The notes beneath the pieces were generated by a model. That model saw only the letters and a list, made by a program, of their open reading frames with translations, ran no database searches and was not told the DNA's origin. Source: Planctomycetota bacterium (GTDB lineage Bacteria > Planctomycetota > UBA8108 > SXIK01). Taken from it: a DNA stretch of 64,000 nucleotides. A program made the position numbers and the translations under genes. Location of the stretch: the NCBI GenBank assembly GCA_965223265.1, contig OZ244999.1, positions 2,304,001-2,368,000 on the forward strand, given 5' to 3'. Below are positions 38,669-48,633 of this stretch, in pieces (the stretch's first letter is position 1; each line of letters starts with the position of its first letter).

Positions 38669-40375
38669 ATGAAGCGTTCGACCAACCACTCGATCCTGAT
38701 CGCAATCGCGCTCTTCTCCCTCGCCGCCTCGTCACTGCTTCCGGCGAGCGAGAAGTGTCCGTTGAGCTCATCTGAGTTTCTGATCTGCGACGTCAAGCTG
38801 AGCCAGGTGGAGGGAAAGCTGATGCATCGCAGCCCAGTGACGATTTGGTTCAACTACCTCGTCGGACGATCGTATCCGGTCAAAGTGATCGCGGAGCCGT
38901 ACTCGAACGGTGCGCCAACGCCGAACGGCTATTCGTCAGAGGTCGAACTGCCCGCGGGGAAGGAAGGAGCCGGTGCGCTGACGATCTCCGTCCTCTCGGG
39001 TATCGCCACGGTCGACGAAATCCGGCTTCGCGTCACAGATCCGAAGGGCGGCGTGCTGGCCAAGACATCTCTCGTCGTCAAGCTCCACTACGGTGACGAC
39101 CCACCAGCGATCGTTCAGGTCCGTCTCTTGTCGAAGTCTCCCGACTGTCTCGCCAATGGTGTGGGCGCTTCGCTTGAGGTTGACTATCGAACCAACGAGG
39201 TCGTTGACATCTTCGCCTTGCCGCTAACAAACGGTGAGATCACGCCCTACGCGACGACCGGTAGTCCGGACGGCAGCCTCGAGGTCGATCCAGGAACTGG
39301 CACCGTGCAGCGCGCCTTTAGCGTCAGCCAGGGAGATGCGAAAGTCGACGCCATCCGCGTCGTGATGAGGTCGCAGAAGTCAGGTGATGAGATTGCGACG
39401 AAGGAAATCCCTGTCCAGTTTCGCTTCGGTGACTGTCGGCCGAGGCTCTTCGACGTTCGGTTGCGTGACGAAACAGCAGGCTGCCTCGACAGCGGCGAGT
39501 ACGTCTATGTCGATTTCAGCTATCTGTCTCACGAGCCAGTCATTGTGGTTGCCCAGCCGCACTTCGGATCCGAAAAAGTCCCTGCAGCGGCGTCGATTCA
39601 TGACTACCCTGCTGAGGAGAGTGCTGGCGAGGCCTGGTTCAACGCCTCGTCCACCCAGTTTATCGACCGCGTCGTCGTCAATATGTACTCCCTGGACACG
39701 AGAGAACTTCTTGATAGCGTCACCGTGCGCGTCAACTTGCGCTTTGGCGCCTGCCATGCCTTCAAGGCGGTGTCCGCGGATCCTGCGCCAGGGGGCGACT
39801 GTCTTGAGGCCGGCGACTTGGTGAAGATCAAGCTTCTCTACTGGTCGCCCGAAGCGGTCCGCGTCGTCGCCATTCCCCTGACGGGAAAAGAGCTCACACC
39901 GAACGCCCGCTCGTACACCGAGACTTTCCCAGCTGGGCTCGGCGAGGGCGAGACTGGTTTCACGGTGATGCTGCCGGCGAAAACGAACTACGTGCTGATC
40001 CGGGTCATGGATCACGCCATGGAGAACGTGATCTTGGAGCAGGCATATGTCGCTGACTATGAGTTCGGTTGTGGTTACGAGCATCCTGCCGCGTACTTCG
40101 TCCGGGGTGAAGTCAACGCCGACGGAGATATCGATATGAGCGACGCGCTGTTCACGCTGTCAGCCCTTTTCACCAAGAATGCTGCTCAACCAAAGTGCTA
40201 CAAGGCCGCTGATATCAATGACGACGGCGGCATCGACATTGCGGATCCGGTTGCCCTGCTCAACTACCTCTTCGTGCGCTACTCGCCACCACCGGCCGAC
40301 CCGTTCAAGGAGTGCGGCCAAGATCCCACGCCCGATCAGTTGACCTGCGAGGGTGCAACGGTGTGCGAGAGATAA
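38669..40375 (+). CDS. Secreted protein with four ~105-aa beta-rich repeats and a C-terminal dockerin
   Basis: GGAGG RBS; signal peptide. Repeats end in LHYGD / FRFGDC / LRFGAC / YEFGC; FVRGEVNADGDIDMSD..DINDDGGIDIAD..CGQDPTPDQLTC. Confidence 0.75.
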   Translation: MKRSTNHSILIAIALFSLAASSLLPASEKCPLSSSEFLICDVKLSQVEGKLMHRSPVTIWFNYLVGRSYPVKVIAEPYSNGAPTPNGYSSEVELPAGKEGAGALTISVLSGIATVDEIRLRVTDPKGGVLAKTSLVVKLHYGDDPPAIVQVRLLSKSPDCLANGVGASLEVDYRTNEVVDIFALPLTNGEITPYATTGSPDGSLEVDPGTGTVQRAFSVSQGDAKVDAIRVVMRSQKSGDEIATKEIPVQFRFGDCRPRLFDVRLRDETAGCLDSGEYVYVDFSYLSHEPVIVVAQPHFGSEKVPAAASIHDYPAEESAGEAWFNASSTQFIDRVVVNMYSLDTRELLDSVTVRVNLRFGACHAFKAVSADPAPGGDCLEAGDLVKIKLLYWSPEAVRVVAIPLTGKELTPNARSYTETFPAGLGEGETGFTVMLPAKTNYVLIRVMDHAMENVILEQAYVADYEFGCGYEHPAAYFVRGEVNADGDIDMSDALFTLSALFTKNAAQPKCYKAADINDDGGIDIADPVALLNYLFVRYSPPPADPFKECGQDPTPDQLTCEGATVCER

Positions 40376-40402
40376 ACTTTGCGAACCGACCTGACTGAAC
40401 GG

Positions 40403-40438
40403 GAGCCCCTCGACGACTCGTCGCAGGGGCTCTTTTTT
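40403..40438 (+). terminator. Intrinsic terminator
   Basis: gagcccct...aggggctc followed by tttttt. Confidence 0.85.
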
Positions 40439-40638
40439 ACTTTGCGCTCTTCTGGACGGCGAGTACAGCGGCACGGGCGATCTGCCGGGAGCGGTACGAA
40501 AGACCAATTCTCGACGGCTGTCAGATTGCAACCGCACCGTCAAAGCGCTGACATGGACCCAGTGGAGTCCGGAGACCGAAGCGAGTATAGTTCGTGACAG
40601 TTCTCTCGACACTGAGACTAAGAACCCAGGAGCTCACC

Positions 40639-41247
40639 TTGGAAACTCTCGAAGCGATTCGTGGCCGTCGAGCCGTCAAGCACTTCGATCCCAATCATCA
40701 AATCAGCGAAGCGGACGAACGAAAGCTACTGGAGGCGGCGATCCAGTCACCGACGTCATTCAACATCCAACACTGGCGGTTCGTGATCGTGCGCGACCCG
40801 GAGCTGCGCAAGGAGATCCGCGCCAACGGCAACGACCAGGCCCAGATGACCGACGCGTCGCTTCTGATCGTCATGACCGCGGATATCTCGGCTTGGAAGA
40901 AAGACCCCGCCCGCTACTGGCGTAACGCTCCGAAGGAGGTTGCGGATCTTCTCGTCGGCTGGATGGGGCCGTTTCACGAGGGCAAGGAGCAGCTCCAGCG
41001 CGACGAGGCGCAGCGTTCGATCGGGATGGCGATGCAGACACTGATGCTCGCGGCGAAGTCCATGGGCTACGAGTCGTGCCCGATGATTGGCTTCGATCAT
41101 GAGGCGGTCGCCAAGCTGATCCGTCTGCCTGCGGATCACTGTATTGGCCCGATGGTGGCGATCGGCAAGGGCACGAAGGATCCATGGCCGAAGCCCGGGC
41201 AACTGCCGCTCGGTGAGGTCGTCGTTGAAAATCGGTTTCCTGCATAA
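40639..41247 (+). CDS. Nitroreductase family protein
   Basis: TTG start after AGGAG. RRAVKHF, SPTSFNIQHWRF, LMLAAKSMGYESCPMIGFD. Confidence 0.9.
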   Translation: METLEAIRGRRAVKHFDPNHQISEADERKLLEAAIQSPTSFNIQHWRFVIVRDPELRKEIRANGNDQAQMTDASLLIVMTADISAWKKDPARYWRNAPKEVADLLVGWMGPFHEGKEQLQRDEAQRSIGMAMQTLMLAAKSMGYESCPMIGFDHEAVAKLIRLPADHCIGPMVAIGKGTKDPWPKPGQLPLGEVVVENRFPA

Positions 41248-41355
41248 TCGCGCGGGGTTTTGCTCGAGACGGCGACAACAGGCGCGCGGCAAGCGCGGCT
41301 TGGAGGAAGATCGATACGTTCTACCACGAGAGGGATAGAAGACTAGAGGAGTCCG

Positions 41356-42645
41356 ATGACTGAAGAACGCCAATTCGCCCTTGAAACGCAGGTTCTCCAC
41401 GCCGGGCAGGAGGAAGCCGATTCCGCGACCAATGCTCGCGCTGTGCCGATCTACCAGACGACGTCGTTTGTATTCGACAGCGCGGAGCACGCGGCCAACC
41501 TTTTTCAGCTCAAAGAGTTTGGCAACATTTACTCGCGCATCATGAATCCGACGCAGGCGGTTCTCGAGCAGCGTCTCGCTGCGATCGAGGGAGGCGTCGG
41601 GGCGCTGGCGTTGGCGTCGGGACAGGCGGCAGAGACCCTGACAATGTTCACGCTCATGAGCGCTGGTGACCACCTCGTCTCATCGACCGCGCTCTATGGA
41701 GGAACGTACATCCTCTTCAAAAACGTCCTGCCGAAACATGGCATCGATGTCACATTCGTGGACCAATCGGACCCAGAGAACTTCCGCGCCGCGATCAATG
41801 AGCGCACCCGATGCGTCTACGCTGAAACGATCGGCAACCCCGAAGGAAACGTGCTCGATATCGAGGCGGTTGCAGACATCGCGCACGCGCAGAATCTTCC
41901 TTTTGTGATCGACAATACGTTCGCCACACCGTGCCTCTGTAAGCCGTTCGACTACGGCGCCGACATCGTCGTCCACTCATGCACCAAGTGGATCGGTGGG
42001 CACGGAACGACGATCGGTGGGGCGATTGTCGACTCTGGAAAGTTCGACTGGAAGGCGAGTGGCAAGTTCTCCGAGTTCCACAGCCCAGACCCTGGCTATC
42101 ACGGACTCAATTTCTGGGAGACCTTCGGACCGCTGACCTTCATCCTCCGCGCCCGCGTCAGCTCGCTCAGGCCGATGGGATCATGTATTGCGCCAATGAA
42201 TGCTTTCTTGCTTTTGCAAGGGCTGGAGTCGTTGCCGCTGCGCATGGAGCGTCACATCGAGAACACTTTGGCGCTCGTCAAGCATCTCGAGGCGCACGAG
42301 AAGGTCACGTGGGTGCGTCATGCTTCGACTCCGGGAAACCCGAACTTCGAAGTGGCGAAGAAGTACACGCCGAAGGGAGCTGGCTCGGTGCTGACGTTTG
42401 GGATCAAAGGTGGCCAGGAGGCGGCGCTGCGCTTTACGGAAAACGTCAAACTCTGTTCGCACCTGGCCAACGTCGGGGATGCGAAGACATTGGTGCTCTA
42501 TCCGGCCGCAACGAGCCACCAGCAACTGACCGATGAGGAGCGCCTGGCGGCCGGGATCCCACCCGATCTCATTCGCATCTCGGTTGGCATCGAGCACATC
42601 GACGACATCATCTGGGACATCGATCAAGCACTTGCGCAGGCCTGA
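41356..42645 (+). CDS. metY: O-acetylhomoserine aminocarboxypropyltransferase / cysteine synthase
   Basis: [33 protein letters not shown] (PLP lysine), [11 protein letters not shown]. Confidence 0.9.
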   Translation: MTEERQFALETQVLHAGQEEADSATNARAVPIYQTTSFVFDSAEHAANLFQLKEFGNIYSRIMNPTQAVLEQRLAAIEGGVGALALASGQAAETLTMFTLMSAGDHLVSSTALYGGTYILFKNVLPKHGIDVTFVDQSDPENFRAAINERTRCVYAETIGNPEGNVLDIEAVADIAHAQNLPFVIDNTFATPCLCKPFDYGADIVVHSCTKWIGGHGTTIGGAIVDSGKFDWKASGKFSEFHSPDPGYHGLNFWETFGPLTFILRARVSSLRPMGSCIAPMNAFLLLQGLESLPLRMERHIENTLALVKHLEAHEKVTWVRHASTPGNPNFEVAKKYTPKGAGSVLTFGIKGGQEAALRFTENVKLCSHLANVGDAKTLVLYPAATSHQQLTDEERLAAGIPPDLIRISVGIEHIDDIIWDIDQALAQA

Positions 42646-42691
42646 CGGGCACGCTCGAGTTCAGCCGTTCGCTGTCATGTGGCAGGCACAC

Positions 42692-42903
42692 GCCGAGGCC
42701 GTGAAGTTTTTGGAACGTTCCAGCTGAACTCACAGCCACGCTTCCGCTTACCTCCGGAACGGCGCAGAGGAGTGTGCCTGCTACTATAGAGACGTCGCCA
42801 ACTCGATCTTCAAAGTAGCAGGCACACTCCGTGTGCCGTTCCGGACGGGATAGTGGACTGTGAGTGTGAGTTTCGACGGCACGTTCTAAACCGATTCAGC
42901 TCG
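42692..42903. repeat. Second REP-doublet (REPIN-like) element
   Basis: Arms 42754-42844 (ccggaacggcgcagaggagtgtgcctgctact / agtagcaggcacactccgtgtgccgttccgg); spacer and outer ends homologous to 10704-11000; lies between convergent genes. Confidence 0.8.
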
Positions 42904-42917
42904 CGATGGCATGTGGC

Positions 42918-45900
42918 TCACTGACTTCCTTCTCGAGCTCGACGAAGTTGCGCCTCTTTTTTCTGCAGGCCGTCGTAGGCCGATTCGTAGGTGCCCTGTG
43001 CGTCGTTGTCATTGGCAAGTACAAAGATGGAAGCATCGTGTAGGTCGCCGACGGTCAGGGTTGCCTTATTCTTCTCCAGTGAGAATTTTGTTGGCGAGAC
43101 GCCGTCACCCCTCATCCGGAGCGCTGCTCTAGGCGTGATCCACGCTGGAAGCTTGACTTCGATCTCGACGTCGCGCTTGTCGGCGAAGGCGTAAGCATCG
43201 TCGCGAATCTGATAGTCGAGATTCGAAACGCAAAGAATGACTTTGTCCCAAGCGAGAAGAGTCGCGACGTCGACCTTCTCTGGCGCTGCAGTTCTCAGGC
43301 GAGCGGGTTCGCTCGACATCAAATCCTCTTTGAGGACGTGCATGATGCGGTTCCAGTCGACCGCGGTTTTCAAGAGGGACGGGTACTCTTCGGCAACTTG
43401 TTTCTTCCAAGTGAACCACAGGATTCCCTTGGCGCCGCGCCCGAGGTTCTGGACAAGCTGCACCGAGAGTTCCTCGCTCGTTGGCGTGCCGCGTTTTGGT
43501 CGCTGCGTCCAGTGATGGATTCCCTGCGACCATACGACGGTCGGTTTGGGTTCGGAAGCATATTTGAGATCACGGGTGTAGTACCCCGTCTCTTCGAGGC
43601 GTCCACCGTACTCGTGTTCCCAAACGGCCGCCGTGGGCGCGGTCACACAGTAGTGATCCATGCAGGGGACGTCGACGATGGGGGCGAACTCCATGAACTT
43701 GACGTTGCGACAAAGCGTGACGAAGATCGGTTTCGTGCTGTCGATGGCCTTCACTGCGTCAGCAAGTGAGAGGATCTCTTGAGAGTGAGATGACCAGTCG
43801 GGCTCGTCGCGTAGCATCCAGGCGAAGACCGCCGGGTGCCCCGACAGGCTTTTGAGACGCTCGACATTCTCTGGCCAGTGTCCCACGTCCACGAGCGAGC
43901 GCAGGCCGTACTGCTGAGATGCCCCACCGAAGAACTCGTCTCCGCGCCGTCCGCCTTTGACGCCGGTGTCAATGTGGCTGTCCGCGAGAAACTCGTAGTT
44001 CTCCTTGTCCATGCCCCACGTGCCGACGGGAAACTTGTCGGCATAGGCCCGTCGGTGAGCGTAGAGGCTTCGAGTCTCACCGTTCTCGCGCAGAGTGACT
44101 TTGAGCAGCAACAGCGTCGACGGTTGGACAGGTTCCGCGAGCCTCACGCGCGCGATCGCATGTCCAGGTCCCGAGACGCTCTGGCCGCGCCATGTTACGT
44201 CTGCGACGCTCGCCCCCTCGAGAGCAATGTCGGTGAACTCCACGGCGCCGTTGCCCTCATGGCGCAAGTGGACTTCGAGCCGATCCATACTCGGCAGGAC
44301 CCGCAGGTAAGACACGTTGACCGAGTCGGCCTGGAGTCTGCCTGAATAGCGCATTGCGGGCTCCCAAGTGCCATCGACGAGAGAGAAACGGAAGTCGGTG
44401 CCAGCTTGGAAGTCGGTTGAAATGCCGTTGATCTCGATGACCGTCATCGCACCGGGCTTGAGATGCGTCGCGAGCGTGCGATCCCAGGCGATGAGATTTC
44501 CCTGCAGCCAGTGCGTGCGGTCTTTGCCTTGGTACTGCCAGTAGCGGATCCTGCGGTCCGCGGCGCTGGTGTTTTTGACGTACAAATAGACAAGGCCGCC
44601 CCGATTCGGGAGTTCACGTTCGATCTCGACGACCTGCTCGGTCTCCCATTTTGCCGGGCGGTAGTGGACGTACTCGACGCGAAATGATTCGGTTGCGAGC
44701 GGCACCGGCTCGGCCGCCGCGACCTTCGCGTCGGGGGAGGCGGCACGTACAGGCTGCGCCAGGCACTCATTGAGCACGTTGCCGTACGGCTGCATGAGAA
44801 CGAAATCGTCCATGGTGTAGCGCGCCACCACCTTGAGAAGACTCTCCAAGGAGTCGCGGTGGATGTTCGGCGTCACCGGCCACTCTTTGGCGTACTGGTA
44901 GAGGCCCCAAATCGTTCCTTCGTTGTCATCGTCGACGTACTTCCATGTCCACGGAGACCAGTGGAATCCGTGTCGGTTGAACATCGTGAGAAACGTTCGC
45001 ATGCCCTCGATGTCGTTGGGATGGTCGCCCATGGTGCTGAACTCGCCGAAGTAGATCGGTACGTCATGGCGGTCCTGCACCAGACGGGCGAGACGGAGCA
45101 CTTCTTGCGAGCGTTTGTCGTGGTCAGCGAGGCCTTTCTCGTCGGAGAAGAGAGGGTCGGCGCCTGAGTAGAAATGGATCGAGTAGATGAGATTCTCCCA
45201 ACCCATCTTGCGTGGGCTCGGGAAGAAGCCCTTCTTCGTCCAGCGCGGGAACTCCAGTTTGTAGCCGTCTTCCATGACGACGATCTTGTCCGGATCCACT
45301 TCGCGTATAGCGTCGTAGAGGAGATCATGTGCTTCGGCCCAGTTGTCCGTGTCTGTGGCGCTGAACGGCTCGTTCAAGAGGTCGTACGCCCACACAACGG
45401 GGTTGTCCTTGTAGCGGCGGGCGATCTCTCGCCAGAGTGCGGCGGTTCGCTTTTGGTACTCTTTATTGCGGAAGAATTCGATTTCGCTGAGAGTACCGGT
45501 GTGGTCCCACGGGCTTTGACCGCCGACAGCGCCGTGAAAGTCGAGCATGACGTAGAGTCCGTGCTTTTCGGCCCAGGCGACCGCCTTCGCCAGATATGAA
45601 AAACCATACTCGTGGTAGCGGTAGGGTGCATCATCGGTTTCGAACCAGCGATACCAGAACGGGATACGGATGAAGTTGAACCCGTGCGCTCGCGCGAGTT
45701 GGAAATCGCGTTCCGTAATCCATGTGTCGTGAAACGCGTCCCAGAGTCTCTGCGCTCCGACGTCGCCGAAACGTTGCCTCAAGATCGCGTCCATCTGCTT
45801 CGCGGCGAAGACTGATGGTTCCCGCTCGAAGAGTTCCATGTAGGCCGCATACTTTTCTGCGGGGGCGTGCTTCTGCAGTTCCGTGTTGAGACGCGCGATG

Positions 45901-46232
45901 TAGCTCTGATGCGTTTCTGCCATGGGCGAAAAGGCGCCGCTGTCGTCCTCATCGGGCATGAACTCGCCGATGATTTTCAGGGACTTCTTGAGCTCCTCCA
46001 AAACGCCGGCTTCCTCTGCAAGTCGAGGCAAGTGGTCGTGCCACTCCATCTCAATGCTGGGAATCCAGGTTTCCATGAGCAGCCAACCGCCGAAGTTCAT
46101 GCCACGCATCGACATGATTTTCCCGCTCCTAGTGACGACGTTCCGCCCCTTCACGGTGAGCGGTTCGAGAGCTGTCGTGGTTGGGACAAGGCAAATGCTG
46201 AGGATTAGCGAGCAAGCAAATCGGTGGAACAT
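42918..46232 (-). CDS. Secreted glycoside hydrolase family 5 with a large additional C-terminal region
   Basis: Likely ATG 46232 with signal peptide. GMNFGGWL, GFNFIRIP, MLDFH, YDLLNEP (acid/base), YSIHFY, IYFGEF (nucleophile), WSPWTWK. Confidence 0.8.
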   Translation of the reverse strand: MFHRFACSLILSICLVPTTTALEPLTVKGRNVVTRSGKIMSMRGMNFGGWLLMETWIPSIEMEWHDHLPRLAEEAGVLEELKKSLKIIGEFMPDEDDSGAFSPMAETHQSYIARLNTELQKHAPAEKYAAYMELFEREPSVFAAKQMDAILRQRFGDVGAQRLWDAFHDTWITERDFQLARAHGFNFIRIPFWYRWFETDDAPYRYHEYGFSYLAKAVAWAEKHGLYVMLDFHGAVGGQSPWDHTGTLSEIEFFRNKEYQKRTAALWREIARRYKDNPVVWAYDLLNEPFSATDTDNWAEAHDLLYDAIREVDPDKIVVMEDGYKLEFPRWTKKGFFPSPRKMGWENLIYSIHFYSGADPLFSDEKGLADHDKRSQEVLRLARLVQDRHDVPIYFGEFSTMGDHPNDIEGMRTFLTMFNRHGFHWSPWTWKYVDDDNEGTIWGLYQYAKEWPVTPNIHRDSLESLLKVVARYTMDDFVLMQPYGNVLNECLAQPVRAASPDAKVAAAEPVPLATESFRVEYVHYRPAKWETEQVVEIERELPNRGGLVYLYVKNTSAADRRIRYWQYQGKDRTHWLQGNLIAWDRTLATHLKPGAMTVIEINGISTDFQAGTDFRFSLVDGTWEPAMRYSGRLQADSVNVSYLRVLPSMDRLEVHLRHEGNGAVEFTDIALEGASVADVTWRGQSVSGPGHAIARVRLAEPVQPSTLLLLKVTLRENGETRSLYAHRRAYADKFPVGTWGMDKENYEFLADSHIDTGVKGGRRGDEFFGGASQQYGLRSLVDVGHWPENVERLKSLSGHPAVFAWMLRDEPDWSSHSQEILSLADAVKAIDSTKPIFVTLCRNVKFMEFAPIVDVPCMDHYCVTAPTAAVWEHEYGGRLEETGYYTRDLKYASEPKPTVVWSQGIHHWTQRPKRGTPTSEELSVQLVQNLGRGAKGILWFTWKKQVAEEYPSLLKTAVDWNRIMHVLKEDLMSSEPARLRTAAPEKVDVATLLAWDKVILCVSNLDYQIRDDAYAFADKRDVEIEVKLPAWITPRAALRMRGDGVSPTKFSLEKNKATLTVGDLHDASIFVLANDNDAQGTYESAYDGLQKKEAQLRRAREGSQ

Positions 46233-46532
46233 AGCGCTTCGAAAACGGGGAATGGCGAGGAAGGTATGGCTTGACGGTATAGGGTGCGGCGAGGCTCGAC
46301 TCGCATTGAGCCTTTCATGAGCCAAGGTCGATGCGCCCTTCGCGCAAGGTCGCGCATGAGCCGACGAAATGCCCGGAGATTGTACCAAAAAGAGCGAAGG
46401 CGGATCGATCGTGTCGTCGAGCGTCCTGGCTCGACGTTAGCCTTGGATCGCACGGAAGAAGGTGGTAGGTTTCTGGACAAGGATGACTCTGCGTCGTCAG
46501 CGGGCGGTCCGTCTGCCGGCTCGAGTCTTAAC

Positions 46533-46707
46533 CAGCCCGCCTGAAAAAGTCATTCGGCCGAGGAAACTGGCCTCTTCGCGCCCAGACGGGCCGCGTCAAT
46601 ACTCGCCATCAGAGTCGAAGAAGAGGGCCCGAAGATTGCCTGGTTTGCCGCGGCCGATCTGGACGCGAAGAGGCCAGTTTTCGGCTCGAAGCACTTCAGG
46701 CGGGCTG
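46533..46707 (-). mobile_element. Variant MITE of the 159-bp family
   Basis: Internal homology; variant TIRs cagcccgcctgaa / ttcaggcgggctg; TTAA near both ends. Confidence 0.75.
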
Positions 46708-46745
46708 TTAACTCCAATTCGCGCAGTGCGCACAACTAGCGGAGA

Positions 46746-47597
46746 ATGAATCATGACGAACTCGGTTCCGAAACAGTACGCATCGAGAGGACTCTAACTC
46801 ACATTCAACGACTTGATCGCAGCCGGCACTACCGCGACGAACGGGGCCTCTTCTTTGTCGAAGGCGTTCGCAACTTTGTCGCCGCCGTCGACAATGCCTG
46901 CCGGTTTGCCACCGTTCTTTATAGCGACAAACTTCTGACCAGCGGCGTGGCTCGCAAGTTGGTACGACGACTACGCCGCCACGGTGTCTCCACTGTCCGC
47001 GTCTCTCCTGAACAGTTCCGTGCCGTGTCTCGGGCACAGCAAGCTTCGGGCGTCGGAGCTGTCCTTCGACAACGCGTCCAGCGACTTTGCGACGTGCGTC
47101 CTGCTTCGGGGCTTGTCTGGGTCGTGCTCCGCCATTTACGCTCGCCAGGCAATTTTGGTTGTCTCATTCGGACCTCTGGAGCCGTGAATGGCGCCGGCTT
47201 CCTCCTGCTCGACAGCGGTCTCGATCCGTTCGATCCCGTCGTGATCCGCAGCTCCATGGGTGTTTTTTTTCGGCAGCGGTTTGTCCGCGCCAGTGCTCTC
47301 GAGTTGCGGCGTTGGGTGCTGTGCCACAGGCTGCAGGTCATCGGCGCGACGCCGGAAGCGAAGAGAGCCTACGACGAAATCTGCTATCGGACTCCGTCGT
47401 TGCTCGTGCTCGGCGACGAGCGTAGCGGTCTTGATCCGACTCAGCGGCAGCTGTGCGACGAGCTGGTCCGCATACCGATGGCGACCGGTCAGGACTCGCT
47501 CAACGTGTCAGTGGCCGGCGCGCTTCTCATGTATGAGGTTTTGCGTGCGTCGAAAGGATCGGAGATGAATGCAGAAACTCCGTTCGATAGCATCTAA
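46746..47597 (+). CDS. TrmH/SpoU family RNA methyltransferase
   Basis: FFVEGVR, LRSPGNFGCLIRT, LVLGDERSGL, VRIPM..DSLNVSVA. Confidence 0.9.
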   Translation: MNHDELGSETVRIERTLTHIQRLDRSRHYRDERGLFFVEGVRNFVAAVDNACRFATVLYSDKLLTSGVARKLVRRLRRHGVSTVRVSPEQFRAVSRAQQASGVGAVLRQRVQRLCDVRPASGLVWVVLRHLRSPGNFGCLIRTSGAVNGAGFLLLDSGLDPFDPVVIRSSMGVFFRQRFVRASALELRRWVLCHRLQVIGATPEAKRAYDEICYRTPSLLVLGDERSGLDPTQRQLCDELVRIPMATGQDSLNVSVAGALLMYEVLRASKGSEMNAETPFDSI

Positions 47598-47761
47598 GGC
47601 ATCGCTAGGCATCGCTAATTCGTCTCTGCGGCGGTTGGCGTGGAAGAGCCGACGCCGATTGCGTGTGCGTGAGCGTCGGAGGGGCGCTTCTTCATTCGGC
47701 GGAACAGCCGTGGGTCCGCGTCGACGGTGCAGACGGCTAGCGGATCGCCGGAAGGCAACGC

Positions 47762-48514
47762 TCATGACCGGCCGCGTTCCTGCGACGGTCCGTGAGCCTC
47801 CGCACGTGACGACTCTACACCCGAAGTGATATGAAGCCCGACGAGCCGCGCCACCAGAATCGTGAGGTACGCTTGGCCTACGATCGCCTCCCACATCGTG
47901 AGCGTCCGCGCCGCTGGGGTCAGAGGCGTGACGTCACCAAATCCCAGTGTCGTGAGTGTCACGAAGCTGTAGTAGAACAACACCGAAGAGCGGCTGTATT
48001 GATAGTTCTCGTCTGCGACTGCAGGCAAAAGCCCGTCTGCGAAGCGAAACGACTCTGGTATCTGCGTCTCGATCGCCGCGTACGTGAAACCCCAGACGAG
48101 ACCAAGGAGCAAAAAGACGCACAGCGCGCCGCACAGTCGGTCCGTTGTCACCTGCCTGCCGCGGAACACGCTCTGCAGCACAAAGACGACGACGACAACG
48201 AGAAACGCGCCCATGATGTAGTACCGAAAAGCGCCGAAGTCGGCAGACCCGAGAAAGCCGACGTGAGGGAGCGCGAGGACGACCCAGAACGAGAGAAACG
48301 CGGGGATTCCGAGAACGATTCCGAAGGTGAGGCCTACTTTCGAGCGACGAACGGCGAAGAGGCTCGCAAGAAGAACCACGCCGAATGCAATGTGGAATGC
48401 GAGCCGGGCGTCCGCCCACCGCTCCGCAACCGGGTGAGCTAGAATCAGCAGAGACAGGGCCACTAGCAGGAGAGAGAAACGGTGGTTGCTGAGTCGATCC
48501 AGTGGGCTCGGCAC
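47762..48514 (-). CDS. Potassium channel family (Ion_trans_2) membrane protein
   Basis: YYSFVTLTTLGFGDVTP selectivity-filter motif; several TM helices. Confidence 0.85.
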   Translation of the reverse strand: MPSPLDRLSNHRFSLLLVALSLLILAHPVAERWADARLAFHIAFGVVLLASLFAVRRSKVGLTFGIVLGIPAFLSFWVVLALPHVGFLGSADFGAFRYYIMGAFLVVVVVFVLQSVFRGRQVTTDRLCGALCVFLLLGLVWGFTYAAIETQIPESFRFADGLLPAVADENYQYSRSSVLFYYSFVTLTTLGFGDVTPLTPAARTLTMWEAIVGQAYLTILVARLVGLHITSGVESSRAEAHGPSQERGRS

Positions 48515-48633
48515 AATTCACCTCGTGTTGTCGGGGTGCCGTGGTTTCTATTGTCCGAAGATCTACCGGACGTCGATGCCGACGCCGACGGTCTCGACCG
48601 ACTCGGCTGCGGAGTTGACGCCCTCACAGCTTC

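Noticed and set aside
41248-41355. SAM/SAH riboswitch upstream of metY
   Set aside because: Short leader without recognisable conserved riboswitch motifs by eye; an Rfam scan would be needed to exclude one.
47594-47618. Short tandem aggcatcgct x2 at the methyltransferase stop
   Set aside because: Too short and unique to interpret.
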